Shown here: piece by piece, positions 25,848-39,474 of the stretch | Numbering within the stretch: position 1 is the stretch's first letter | Layout: the number at the start of each line of letters is the position of its first letter | From: Centroscyllium fabricii | Taxonomy: Eukaryota | NCBI GenBank assembly: GCA_051313645.2 | Contig: JBNRSN020000006.1 | Coordinates: 68,510,001-68,574,000, forward strand | DNA length: 64,000 nucleotides | Reading direction: 5' to 3' | Translations under genes and position numbers: made by a program | The notes under the pieces: model-generated | Told to the model about the DNA's origin: nothing | Databases searched by the model: none | What the model saw: only the letters and a program-made list of their open reading frames with translations

Positions 25848-28552
25848 TGTGATGAAATATGTAAGTTCATCAGACTGTGCTTTTCACCTGGACTTGCCTG
25901 TGCTAGGAATGTATGGAATGCATGTACTGCCTGTGATGAACCATTTGGAGTGGTTCACACTGTGCTATTATTGTATATAGTTTGTGTTAACATAGCTGTA
26001 CCTTTCTGGATTATTGTATATAGTTTGTGTTAATAAATCTGTACCTTTCTGTAAGGACCTGGAACGGCTGACCCCACCTCTGGGTATGAGTATAAAGGAG
26101 AGTGTTCCGCCCACCTGACTCTCATTCCGGGCGGACATATCGCAGACTAGGTTCAGTTCTTTGTAAATAAAAGCCTTTTGTTAGAACAAGCTGTCGGCTC
26201 TGATTTGAGGCTCCTCAATTTTATTTACAAATCATTTTTACAATGAGCCTGCAGGATGATGACAAACAACAGAGCCACCAGCCAGCAGCATCAGAAAACT
26301 GGAAACCTATCCTTAAACCAAAAACTCTCAACCTCAACCACCAGGCACCGAACGTGTCGAATGATTTTGAGCACTGGCTGAGCTGTTTCGAATCGTTCCT
26401 GGTAGTGGCCGGAGTCAGCGATGTGCACAAGAGACGCGTCCTGGTCTCCTGTGTGAGTGGCAGGGTATATTCTATCATTAAGAATGCCACTGACTACGAT
26501 GCAGCATTGGAGCTGCTGAGGGATCGATACCTCCAGCCAGTCAACGCCGTCTACGCTCGCCATCTACTCGCCATGCGGAGGCAACAGCATGGTGAGTCGA
26601 ATGAGGAGTACCTGGAGGCTCTTCAAACTCTCGCTCTGTGCTGCGGATGTGCCCCTGTTAACGCCCAGGAGCACATGGACCTCCTCGTCCGCGATGCCTA
26701 CGTGGCAGGAATTAGATCAGCCCCAGCTCGCACCCGCCTGCTCGAGCAGGATAATTTGTCCCTGAATCAGGCGGTGAAGCTTTCCAATGCGGTGGATGGG
26801 GCCCTCCGAAGCCTGGTTTCGTACACGGGGCACGGCTCCCACACGGTTTCCCCATGGCCTTGGGACTCACGTTTGACGCCCTCGACGGTGACCGTGGCGG
26901 CCACGGCGCCATCTGGACAGCCAGCGCCTCTGAAATGCTATTTTTGTGGCCAGAAACGCCATCCACGAAGCTCCTGCCCAGCAAAATCGTCATCCTGCTC
27001 CAAATGTGGCAAGAAGGGCCACTTTGCGAAGGTCTGCCGATCGGCCCCGGAATCTGCAAGAAAAACGGCAGCAGCCTGCGATGTCCACACCACAGAGTGG
27101 CCTCAGGTACCTAGCGCACCCCAACAGCGGCCCCCAGAACAATTACTACCTACCTTGCCTCTGGTGCGGCCTGCCAGCGTCGTTTCCCGCGCTCCACCAT
27201 CTTTGGGGTCCTGGCCTTCTTTCTCCTCCATTGGACCTATGCCATCTTTAGGGGTGTGGCCTTCTTCCTCACTGGAACGGCACAAAACGCGGGCGCCGTC
27301 GGGCCTCCAGGCAGCAGAGGCCCCGCCCCATCACGTGACGCTGCCATCTTCCCGCGTCACGGCAGTAGCGGCCCCGCCCCATCATGTGACGCAGCCATCT
27401 TGGTACAGGCCGGCCTGCATCCCGGCAGCAGAGGCCCCGCCCCATCACGAGACGACGCCATCTTCCTGCGTCACGGCATCAGCGGCCCTGCCCATCACGT
27501 GACACCGCCATCTTAGTATAGGACAGCCCACATTCCAACAGCAGCGGGCCCGCCCCGTCACGTGACACCACCATCTTTGTGCAGGAAAATTTTTAAAGTA
27601 CAGGCTGCTGCAGTAACAGGCAACTTAAAAGCAATCACTACGATCCTGGCAGCAGCAACAGACCACTCCAGACCAATTCAGCATTCGGGCGCCTGTGCGC
27701 CACGAGCCCTTCGGTCCTCCCAACGGCTTTCTCGGCGACTCACCCAATGATCCGAAACACCACCGCGGCCCGCCGCGTGCGAATCAGGGGCGCCGCCATC
27801 ACCCGCGGACCCTGCATTGCACAAGGGCCCCAGCGCGCACACCACACTAGCATCTACGGCCCCGAACCCGTCTCTTATATTATCAATGATGCCCATCCGG
27901 GTGGAGGGGCACCTCACCCGCTGTCTGTTCGACACTGCGAGTATGGAGAGCTTCATACACCCTGATACAGTGCGCCGTTATTCCCTCAGGGTTAGGCCCG
28001 CACATTGTAAAATCTCCCTCGCCTCCGAGTCCCAGACTGTGGACGTCATCGGCTGCTGTACAGTCACCACTACTGTGAAGGGGACGACATACCACAACTT
28101 TCCACTGTACGTCCTCCCAAAGCTCTGCGCCCCTGTGTTGCTTGGCCTGGATTTCCAGTGCCACCTGCAGAGCTTGACGATGGCGTACGGCGGTCCCCTG
28201 CCTCCTCTCACGGTCAGCAGCCGTGGCTGCCCTGCCTCACAACCACACTCCTCTTGCGGTCTGTCTACCTTGAAGATAGACCCCCCCTCGCTGTTCGCCA
28301 ACCTTGACCCTGACTGCAAGCCCATTGCAGCTAAGAGTCGGCGATACAGCGCGGGGGACCGCACCTTTATTAAGGCAGAGGTTGCTCGGTTGTTGCGGGA
28401 GGGCATCATCGAGGCCAGTAACAGCCCGTGGCGAGCCTAGCTGGTAGTGGTTAAGTCGGGGGACAAACAGCGCATGGTCATTGACTATAGTCAGACCATT
28501 AACCACTACACTGGGCTCGACGCTTATCCGCTTCCCAGGATCAATGACATGG

Positions 28553-31500
28553 TGACGTATCGTCAATAGCCTAATAAAACTAAAGATGCGTAGTTAACTT
28601 AACTAAAGATTTTTATTAGCTTACAAAGGAGCTATGCTCCGATCGAACATAAGGTACAGAATGAATGGGGGCATGTCAGGCCCCACCTATAAAGCACTCA
28701 CCTTAGGGGAGGAGTTAGAGGTGTGGCTGACCTGACCCCGCAACAGTGTCGCAATACAGAACAGTTGTATCATGCACCCAGCCGCTATACATACACTGTA
28801 ATATTGGTAACAATATTAAGGTGGTAATAAGAGTACATATAACGGTTACCACATTCACCCCTTCTTTGAAAATTAAGTCCGGCGGGGTGAATGGACCGAG
28901 CATTTCAGGATGAGTTTATCCGGCGGTCGCGTCTGTCTGGAGGACCGCCGGGTCTCTGTTAGCGGTTCTGGTGCCTGCAGTGTCGGCACATGTGTCGGTG
29001 GTGGCGGCGGCGCTGGTGCCGGTACTGTAGGTGCTGGTGGTGGCGGTGGGGCCGAGCCCTGTGGTTGCTGCTGTGCCTGCGGCTGGTCGTCTGCTTCCTG
29101 GTCCTCAGCTGGCAATGGCGGGGGCTGTGATGCGTATGGTAGTAGCGGCCAGCCTCCGGTGGGTTGAGGGTGATGCATCGGCCAGTGGTCGAGATGTAGT
29201 GGCTGGAGGTGGCCGAAATGTAGTGGCTGGATGTGCTGGGGTCTGACCAAGGGTTCTGCTGTGTTGCTCCCGGCGGGCGCTAGGTCCCTGATGGAGACGG
29301 TGTTCTCGCGCCCGTCCGGGAACTGCACGTACGCGTACTGCGGGTTGGCGTGCAGCAGTTGCAGCTTGTCTACCAGGGGGTCGGTCTTATGGCCGCGGAC
29401 GTGCTTTCTAAGCAAGACCGGCCCTGGCATCGTGAGCCATGGAGGGAGGGCTGTCCCCGAAGTCGACTTCCTGGGGAAGGAAAATAGTAAAACGTGAGGT
29501 GTGGCGTTGGTGGCCGTACACAACAGAGAGCGGATCGAGTGCAGCGCGTCTGGGAGGACTGCCTGCCAACGAGACACTGGAAGGCCTCTGGACTTCAGAG
29601 CCAGGCTGACCGCCTTCCAGATGATCCCGTTCTCCCTTTCTACCTGGCCGTTCCCCCGGGGTTTGTAACTGGTCGTTCTGCTCGAGGCAACCCCTTTCTG
29701 GAGCAGAAACTGACGCAGTTCGTCGCTCATGAACGACGACCCCCGGTCGCTATGGATGTAGCTGGGGAGACCGAAAATGGCGAACAGCATGGTGAACTGT
29801 TTGATTACCGTTGCGCTCGTCATGTCTGGGCAGGGGAAGGCAAAGGGGAAGCGGGAGAACTCGTCTACTACCGTGAGGAAGTATGAGTTGTGGTCCCTGG
29901 AGCGGAGGGGGCCTTTGAAGTCCACGCTTAGACGTTCAAAGGGGCGGGTGGCCTTAATGAGGTGCGCCGTGTCTGGCCTGAAAAATTGGGGTTTGCACTC
30001 GGCGCAAACAGGGCACTCTCGGGTAATAGCCTTGATCTCCGTGATGGAGTAGGTGAGGCTACGGGATTTAACGAAGTGGGCAAGTCTGGTGACACCCGGG
30101 TGGCAGAGGCGATCGTGAAGGTCATTCAGCTGGTCTAGCTGGACACTGGCGCACGTTCCCCTGGACAGCGCGTCCGGGGGTTCATTTAGTTTGCCTGGTC
30201 GGTAAAGAATGTCGTACTCGTAAGTCGAGAGCTCGATCTGCCACCGCAGGATCTTATCATTCTTGATTTTACCCTTTTGTTTATTATTAAACATAAACGC
30301 GAGCAGGGTAAAACGCTTACCGGCCAGGTAATGACGCCAGTAGTGCACGGCCTCCACGATGGCCTGAGCCTCCTTTTCCACTGCAGAGTGGCGAATTTCG
30401 GGTCCCTGTAGGGTGCGGGAAAAAAACACAACGGGCCTGCCTGCCTGATTCAGGGTGGCGGCAAGGGCAAAGTCCGAAGCGTCACTCTCCACCTGGAAAG
30501 GGATGGACTCATCAACGGCGTGCATGGTCGCCTTGATAATATCTTCCTTGATCCGGGCGAATGCCATTTGGGCTTCTACCAAGAGGGGGAAGATGGCAGC
30601 CTTAAGGAGCGGTCTGGCTTTATCCGCGAACTGGGGAACCCATTGCGCGTAATAGGAGAAAAATCCCAGACATCTCTTCAGGGCTTTGGGGTTGTGAGGA
30701 AGGGGCAGTTCCTGCAAGGGGCGCATACGCTGTGGGTCGGGGCCGAGGACCCCGTTTTCCACCACGTATCCGAGGATGGCGAGCCGATCTGTACTAAAGA
30801 CGCACTTATCTTTATTGTATGTGAGATCAAGCCGTTTCTCCGTGTGGAGAAATTTGACCAGGTTGGCATCGTGGTCCTGCTGGTCATGGCCGCAGATGGT
30901 CACATTGTCCAGGTAGGGGAAGATGGCCTGCAACCCGTTCTGGTCAACCATGCGGTCCATCTCCCTCTGGAATACCAACACTCCGTTGACCACGCCGAAG
31001 GGGTCCCGGAGGAAGTGGTAGAGCCGACCGTTCGCCTCGAATCGGATCGGGAGTTGGTGATACGCCGACTTAAGGTCGATTGTGGAGAACACATTGCACT
31101 GGGCGATCTGGTTAACCATTTCCGAGATGCGGGGGAGGGGGTAGGCGTCGAGCCCGGTGTAACGGTTAATGGTCTGGCTGTCGTCGATCACCATTCGCTG
31201 TTTTTCGCCAGTCTTAACCACTACGACCTGGGCCCGCCAGGGGCTGGTGCTGTCTTCAATTAGCCCCTCCTTCAGCATACGCCCGACCTCCGACCTGATA
31301 AATGTCTGATTCCCTGCACTGTAACGCCGACCCTTGGTAGCAATTTATTTGCATTTGGGGTCGAGGTTGGCGAACAGTGAGGGGGGGTCGACTTTCAGGG
31401 TGGAAATGCCGCAATTCGGGCTCCGCTTTAGGAAGGGATTGTCCCGGCTACCTACGGTGAGGGGGGGCAGGGTCCCGCCGAATTCCATTGTCATGCTCTT

Positions 31501-33461
31501 AAGGTGGCACTGGAAATCCAGTCCCAGTAAGACTGGGGAGCACAACTGCTTGAGTATGTACAATTTAAAATTACGGTACACGCAGCCCTTAACTGTGAGC
31601 GTGACGGAGCAGTAGCCGGTGACATCCGCGGTGTGGGACTGTGAAGCAAGGGAGACTTGATAGCGCGTGGCAGGATCTGCAGTCCGTAGCGCTGTGCTGT
31701 ATCTGGGTGGATGAAGCTCTCTGTGCTTCCGGTGTCGAACAGGCAGTTAGTGGCATGGCCGTTAACTTTAATCCCCATCATGGAATTTGATAGGGTGTGC
31801 GGCCTAGCCTGATCGACTTTCAGGGTTGCTGAGGCCGAAGTGTGTGTGTGGGAGCCCTCCGTTGGCCGGGGCCGTGCACAAGATGGCGGCGCCCGTGGTT
31901 CGCACATGGCTGGCCGCTGAAGACAAGATGGCGGCGCCGGGGGTTCGCACATGGCTGGCCGCTGAAGGCAAGATGGAGGCGCCGGGGGGTCGCACATGGT
32001 TGGCCGCTGAAGTCAAGATGGCGGCGCCGGGGATTCGCACATGGCTGGCCGCTGAAGACAAGATGGCGGCGCCGGGGGTCGTACGCGGCGGGTCGCTGTG
32101 GACGCGGTGGCGGTGCCCGTGATTCGCACGCAGCGAGCCACAGTGGCTGGGTTGGCGGTGCCCGTGATTCGCATGCAGCGGGCCGCGCTGGGCGGGATGC
32201 CGGCGTTGGGGGGTCGCACATAGCCGGTCGTGGCTGAGTTTGCCGTTCCGTGGGCATCAGGGTGGGGGACGGGGGCGCTTGTACTCTACCCCCGGACTGT
32301 CGCTGTATCGCGCTGCAGCTGCAGCTTACCTGAGGCCAAGGGCCAGTGTTGGAGCATTCGCAGGCCGCGCTGTTGTACCTGGAGCTGGACGCCGGGGCCG
32401 ATTTGCAGGCCTTGGCGTAGTGTCCCTTTTTCGAACACCTCTCGCAGGTCGCGGTTCTCGCGGGGCATTTCGCCCGTGGGTGTAGTCCCTGGCCGCAGAA
32501 GTAACATCTCTTCCCCGCCGGCGTCTTCGCAGCTGCCGCTGCCGTTGTGGGGGACTCGACCCGTTATGGGGTTGCCCAGGAGTCGAAGGTAGCGTGTGTG
32601 TTTGGGCCGCCGTACGCCTGTAGCTAGCGGCGTGCGCCCTCCACGGCGTTGGAGACGGAGATCGCCTCGTCTAGAGTTAATGTGTCCTTTTCCAGCAGCC
32701 GCTGGCAGGCCTCTGCGGACTTGAGTCCGGTTACATAGGCGTCCCGGACGAGGAGGTTTGCCTCCTCTTGTGCCGTCCGTGGTTGGCAGTCACAGGCCCG
32801 GACGAGAGTTGGAGCGCCAGCAGGAACTGTTCGTTAGAATTAATTGATAGTTGTGGTCTGGTCGCGAGCACATGTCTGGCGTAGACAGAGTGGACCGGGC
32901 GCTCATAGCATTTCTTCAATTTCTCCACGGCTGCGGTGTACATCGTAGCGTCGCGGATGAAGGAGAAAACCCGGCTGGAGATCCTGGACCGGAGAACATG
33001 TAGTTTGTTCGCATCAGTTGTTGCCTTGGCGGCGTCCATGTAGGCCTCGACGAGGCCGAAGCAGTGTTCGAAGGTGTTGGCGGCGGCTGGGTCCTGTGGA
33101 CTAATGTCCAGCTCCTCGGGTTTTACAGCGCCGCTCTCCATTTCAAAATTCTAAGCTAATAAAATTGACGTATCGTCAATAGCCTAATAAAACTAAAGAC
33201 GCGTAGTTACCTTAACTATAGGATTTTATTAGCTTACAAAGGAGCTCCGATCGAACATCAGGTACAGAATGAATGGGGGCAGGTCAGGCCCCACCTATAA
33301 AGCACTCACCTGATGGGAGGAGTTAGAGGTGTGGCTGACCTGACCCCGTGACAGTGTCACAATACAGAACAGTTGTATCATGCACCCGGCCGCTATACAT
33401 ACACTGTAATATTGGTAACAATATTAAGGTGGTAATAAGAGTACATATAACGGTTACCACA
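28553..33461 (-). mobile_element. Ty3/Gypsy element D inside the RT of C (LTRs 28553-28853 and 33166-33461)
   Basis: TSD catgg; gag from 33141; CLFDTGSTESFI; 801-aa RT-RNase H-integrase ORF 31278-28873. Confidence 0.95.
31875..32078 (-). repeat. 45-bp in-frame tandem repeat at the gag-pro junction of D
   Basis: aagatgg at 31880, 31925, 31970, 32015 and 32060; encodes MCEPPAPPSCLQRPA. Confidence 0.92.
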
Positions 33462-36109
33462 CATGGTCAATCAGATTGCCCAGTATAAGGTCTTCTCCAC
33501 CATCGACCTTAAGTCGACCTATCACCAGCTCCCCATCAGAGCTGAGGACTGTAAATACACTGCCTTCGAGGCAAATGGGCGACTTTTTCACTACCTCCGG
33601 GTCCCCTTTTGGGTTACCAACGGAGTTTCGGTCTTCCAACGGGAGATGGACCGAATGGTTGACCAGTACCATTTGCAGGCCACATTCCCGTATTTGGACA
33701 ATGTCATGATCTGCGGCCATGACCAGAAAGATCATGATGCCAATTTGCACAGTTTTCTCCGTACGGCCCAGCGTCTGAACCTCACTTACAATGAGGATAA
33801 GTGCGTTTTCAACACTAACTGGTTGGCTATCCTCGGCTACGTAATTGAGAACAGGGTCCTCGGCCCCGACCCCGAACGTATGCGCCCCCTTCAGGAGCTG
33901 CCCCCGCCGCACTCCCCCAAGTCTTTGAGGAGATGCCTGGAGTTTTTCTCGTATTATGCACAATGGGTTCCCCATTATGCTGATAAGGCCCGGCCTCTCC
34001 TCAGAGCTACCTCCTTCCCGCTCCAGTTAGAGGCCCAAATTGCATTTTTGCATATCAAGCAAGACATCATCAAGGCAACCATGCACGCCATTGATGAGTT
34101 TCTTCCCTTCCAGGTCGAAAGCAACGCCTCAGACTTCGCCCTGGCCGCCAACCTTAACCAGGCAGGCAGGCCCATCGCTTTCTTCTCCTGTACCCTACAG
34201 GGCCCAGAAGTCCGCCACTCTTCAGTGTAAAAGGAGGCCCAAGCAATCGTGGAAGCAGTGCGTTACTGGCACCACTATTTGGCCGGTAAACATTTTACCC
34301 TTCTTACTGACCAGCGGTCAGTAGCGGTTATGTTCCACCATAAACAGAGGGGTAAGATCAAGAATGACAAGATCCTCAGGTGGCGGATTGAACTCTCCAC
34401 TTTTGAGTACGACCTGTCCCGAGGATCGTGTGCCAGCGCCCAGTCGGGTAGTCTGAATACCCTCCACGCTAATCTCTGCCACCCGGGGGTCACCAGGCTC
34501 GCTCACTTTGTCAAATCACGCAATCTCCCTTATTCCATTGCAGAGATCAAGGCGATGACACAGGAGTGCCCTGTCTGTGCTGAGTGCAGGCCCAGTTTTA
34601 CAGGCCTGACACGGCGCACCTCATCAAGGCCACCCGCCCATTTGAGCGCCTGAGTGTGGACTTCAAAGGTCCCCTCCCCTCTACCAACCGTAACTCGTAC
34701 ATTCTCACTGTGGTCGACGAGTTCTCCCGTTTCCATTTTGCATTCCCATGCCCAGATATGACGAGTGCAACAATGATAAAGCATTTTATCACGCTATTCG
34801 CCATTTTCGGCCTTCCCGGCTTCATACACAGCGACCGGGGGTCCTCATTTATGAGTGACGAACTGCGTCATTTTCTGCTCGTGCAGGGGGTTGCCTCGAG
34901 CAGAACGACCAGTTACAACCCCCAGGGGAACGGTCAGGTAGAACGTTATAATGGGACCATCTGGAAGGCCATCACCCTGGCCCTTCGATCCAAAGGCCTT
35001 CCAACCTCCCACTGGCAGGAGGTCCTCCAGGATGCGCTCCACGCTACCCGTTCCCTCTTGTGTACAGCCACCGGTTGCACGCCTCACGAGAAACTCTTCT
35101 CTTTCCCCAGGAAATCGACTTCGGGGACAACTCTGCCGACGTGGCTTACCAACCCGGGGCCGGTTCTGCTTAGGAGGCACGTCCATGGACACAAGACGGA
35201 CCATCTTGTTGAACGTGTGCGCCTGCTGCATGCCAACCCTCAGTATGCTTACGTGGAGTACCCAGACGCGCGTGAGGATACCGTCTCGATTAGAGACCTT
35301 GCGCCCGCTGGAGACGTTCACTCTGAGTCGTTGCCGGAGCCCTTGCCCTCCCAGGTCACATTTTCACAACAGGGGCCGTCTTTTCATTCACCTGCACACA
35401 CTACATCGGGGCCCTCATCACCCACAATGCACGACGGAGCTCATCACGTTGCTCAGCCTACTCTTCCGGCGGCTGCTACACCTCCACCAGATCTTCCTGC
35501 GCCTGAGTTACCTCTTCCACCGGTGGAGTCCCTGTTCACGTCGGGAGCCCCGTCAGCGCCTTTTCCGATTGCGACTACTCTCGCCTATTCGTGAGAACTG
35601 CCACTGCCTCGCAGGTCTAATCGGACTGTTCGACCTCCTCAAAGACTGATAACACAGTGCTGATATTCGCCCCGCGGGACATTTTTTTAAGGAAGGGGTG
35701 AATTTGATGAACCATTTGGTGTGGTTCACACTGTGCTATTATTGTATATATTTTGTGTTAATATATCTGTACCTTTCTGGATTATTGTATATAGTTTGTG
35801 TTAATAAATCTGTACCTTTCTGTAAGGACCTGGACCGTCTGACCCCGCCTCTGGGTATGAGTATAAAGGAGAATGCTCCGCCCACCTGACTCTCATTCCG
35901 GGCGGACTCTTCGCAGACTAGGTTCAGTTCTTTGTAAATAAAAGCCTTTCATTAGAACAAGCTGTCGGCTCTGATTTGAGGCTCCTCACTGCCCACCTTT
36001 GTTTATTGTATATGTCAGGCTCCGCCCTTGTCTTTTGTTATATGGAGGACTCCAGAGCGGCTTGAGCCATTTGACCTGGAGAACTCAGTGTGGGAACATG
36101 CACCACAGT

Positions 36110-36818
36110 TTTTTTTTAATTCATTGCTGGGATGTGGGCGTCGCTGGCTGGCTAGGCCTGCATTTGGTGCCCATCCCTAATTGCCCTTGAGAAGATGGTG
36201 GTGAGCCGCTTTCTTGAACCGCTGCAGTCCATATGGTGTAGGTACACCCACAATGTTGTTAGGAAGGGAGTTCCAGGATTTTGGCTCAGCGACAGTGAAG
36301 GAGCGGCGGTACAGGTCCAAGTCAGGATGATGTGTGGCTTGGAGGGGAACTTGTAGGTGGTGCTGTTCCCATGCATCTGCTGCCCTTGTCCTTCTAAGTG
36401 GTAGAGGTCGCGGGTTTGGAAGGTGCTGTTGAAGGAGCTTTGGCGAGTTGCTGCAGTGCATCTTGTAGATGGTACACACTGCAGCCACAGTGCGCCGGTG
36501 GTGGAGGGAGTGAATGTTGAAGGTGGTGGATGGTGTGCCAATCAAGCGGCCTGCTTTATCCTGAATGGTGTCGAGCTTCTTGAGTGTTGTTGGAGCTGCA
36601 CTCATCCAGGCAAGTGGAGAGTATTCCATCACACTCCTGACTTGTGCCTTGTAGATGGTGGAAAGGCTTTGGCGAGTCAGGAGGTGAGACACTCGCCACA
36701 GAATTCGCAGCCTCTGGCCTGCTCTTGTAGCCACAGTATTTATATGACTGGTCCAGTTCAGTTTCCGATCAATGGTAACCCCCAGGATGTTGATAGTGGG
36801 GGATTCAGTGATGATAAT
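36110..36818 (-). mobile_element. CR1/L2-group LINE 3' fragment in the B 5' LTR
   Basis: Near-identical to 3661-4375; ORF 36734-36177. Confidence 0.9.
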
Positions 36819-39474
36819 GCCTACCTTTACGTCCTTAAACCTCTCGCTTGGATTATTGATGGCCTATCAATTTTAATAACTAAAACTTCAAGATGGATCG
36901 GCTCCTGATACCAGAGCGCTTAGATTTAGACCCCCACACCTCTGATGCTGTCACACAGTTCGAACACTGGTTCCAGTGCTTTGAATTTTTTCTGGAAACC
37001 TCCACCACCACGATAGCATCCGCGACCGCCACCGGGGACGTGAAGCTGGGTATCCTACGGAATCAGGTGAGCCATCAGGTCTCAACCCTCATTAAGGATG
37101 CCCCTAGCTATACAGATGCCTGCACCACCCTGAAGGCCCACTACGTACGGCCAGTGAACGAGGTATATGCCAGACATCTTCTAACTACCCGCAAGCAGCG
37201 GCCTGGTGTGTCACTGGAGGATTTTATGTTGCACCTAAAAGAACTGGACAGAGACTGTAATCGCAAGGCTGTGTCTGCCACCGTGAACACAGAGGAGCTG
37301 GTCCATGACACCTTCATCGCAGTCCTCAGCTTGAATTACATTAGGCAGAGGCTGTTCGAGAAAGAGAAGCTGATTTAACGCAAGTAATGGATAAAGCGCG
37401 ATCGCTAGATATGGCCCAGAGGAACGCTGAGTCTTACTCCTCAGGACACGCGGCTAACCCAGCCTCGTGCACACCGTGGGGGCAGCAATCTTGGAAGCCA
37501 TCTTCGCCTCCCAGTTTTCAGGCCAGCGCTGCACCATCGGAGCACCCGCCTCCACCCAGGAGGCCCACTACTGCCGCGATGCTTCGGGGCCCGAAATGTT
37601 ACTTCTGCCGTCAGGACAGGCACTCGAAGCTTCTGTGCCCAGCGAAAGGCGCCACCTGTTTCAGATGCTGTAAGAAAGGGCACTTCAGCAAGGTCTGCAG
37701 AGGGAACCCCGCCTCCAGCTCCTCCACCGCCGCGTGCATGCCGTGGGGGCAGCCATCTTAGCCGCCATCTTGCCCCGACACTTCCATCTGTCCACCGCCG
37801 CCTGTGCGCCGGGGGGGCAGCCATCTTGGACGCCATCTTGTCCCAACTCCACGGACCCCCAGGACCCAATGGTGGCTACGATTATGGTGGATCAGTCCAG
37901 GCCACACCCACTGTTGAAATCGATGATGGACATAAGAGTCAACGGGAACAATGTTAAATGCCTGATTGACTGCGGGAACACCGAAAGCTTCATCCACCCC
38001 AGTCTGGTGAAGAAAATCTCACTAACAGTAGTCTCTACACAGGGCAAAATCGCCATGGAGGATAAAACACACACCTCACACATTACGGAGTTCTGCATGG
38101 TTATGTTGTCAGTCAAGGGCAACAATTGTAAAGATTTTAAACTACTGGTAATGCCAGACCTCTGTGTGAGCATGATCTTGGGTCTGGATTTTCAGTGCCA
38201 CCACCAAAGTATCATGCTCACCTTCGGTGGGTCCTAGCCGCCCCTCACAGTGTGCGGTCTGGCTACCCTGAAAGTCAAGCCGCCCTCCCTGTTCACCAAT
38301 CTTGCTCCGAACTGTCGCTCCATAGCGACCAAGAGCAGGCGGTACAGCTGAGAGGACAGACGGTTCATTGAGGCGGAAGTTGAAAGACTACGGCGGGAGG
38401 GTATCATTGAATGCAGTACCAGCCCATGGCATGCCCAGGTAGTAGTAGTCAAGGTGAGCGAAAAGAAGCGGATGGTAATAGTTTATAGCCAGACAGTTAA
38501 CCTATACACCCAGCTGGATGCCTACCCATTGCCCCGCATATCAGATATGGTCAACAAAATCGCACATTAGCGGGTGTTTTCCACCATTGACCTGAAATCG
38601 GCATACCACCAGCTCCCCATTAGGCCAGAGGACCGTCAATATACCGCCTTTGAGGCGAACGGATGCATCGACCACTTCCTCAGAGTCCCCTTCGGGGTAC
38701 CGAATGGAGACTCGGTCTTCCAGAGGGAGATGGACCGCATGGTCGATGAGAACCAGTTAGCAGCCATTTTCCCATACCTTGACAACGTCCCCATCTGCGG
38801 CCACGACCAACAAGACCACGGCTCGAACCTCGCAAGGTTCATGAAAACCGCCCACAGGCTCAACTTCAGCTATAACGAGGATAAGTGCGTTTTTAATACC
38901 ACGCGCCTCTGCATCCTGGGCTGCATGGTGGAAAACGGGATAATTGGTCTGGACCCCGAAAGATTGTGCTCCCTACGGGAGCTCCCCCTACCAAGCACCC
39001 CTAAGGCCCTGAAAAGGTGTCTGGGGTTCTTCTCCTACTACGCCCAAAGGGTCCCCAATTACGCAGACAAGGCCCGCCCCCTCCTGAAATCAATATCCTT
39101 CTCGCTTACGGCCGAGGCCTACGCCGCCTTCAACAGTATCAAGCGTGATTTTGAGAGGGCCGCGCTGCGGGCAGTAGACGAAGACGTCCCTTTCCAGGTG
39201 GAAAGCGATGCATCTGACTTTGCCCTAGCAGCCACCCTCAATCAGGGTGGGCGGTCCGTGGCCTTTTTCTCAAGGGCCCGAGACCAGGCACTCTTCGGTA
39301 GAGAAAGAGGCCCAGGCTATAGTGGAGGCAGTTTGGCACTTGAGGCACTACCTAGCCGGGAAACGCTTCACCCTGCTCGGTAGCCCTCATGTTAAATAAA
39401 AAACAAAGGGGGAAGATCAAAAATGACAAAATCCTCAGGTGGCGGATTGAACTCTCTACGTTTGAGTATGATAT

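Larger units (their letters stand above)
25932..35988 (+). mobile_element. Ty3/Gypsy element C inside the B 5' LTR (LTRs 25932-26217 and 35703-35988)
   Basis: TSD ctgcc; gag 26243-27502 with CYFC..H..C and CSKCGKKGHFAKVC; protease from 27817; RT resumes at 33462; integrase 34584-35594. Confidence 0.94.

Noticed and set aside
25005-26033. 342-aa novel fusion protein
   Set aside because: Chance read-through from the interrupted Harbinger transposase into two nested LTRs.
30520-31263. Long antisense ORFs over pol (also 47506-50526)
   Set aside because: Expected shadows of GC-rich coding sequence; no recognisable motifs.
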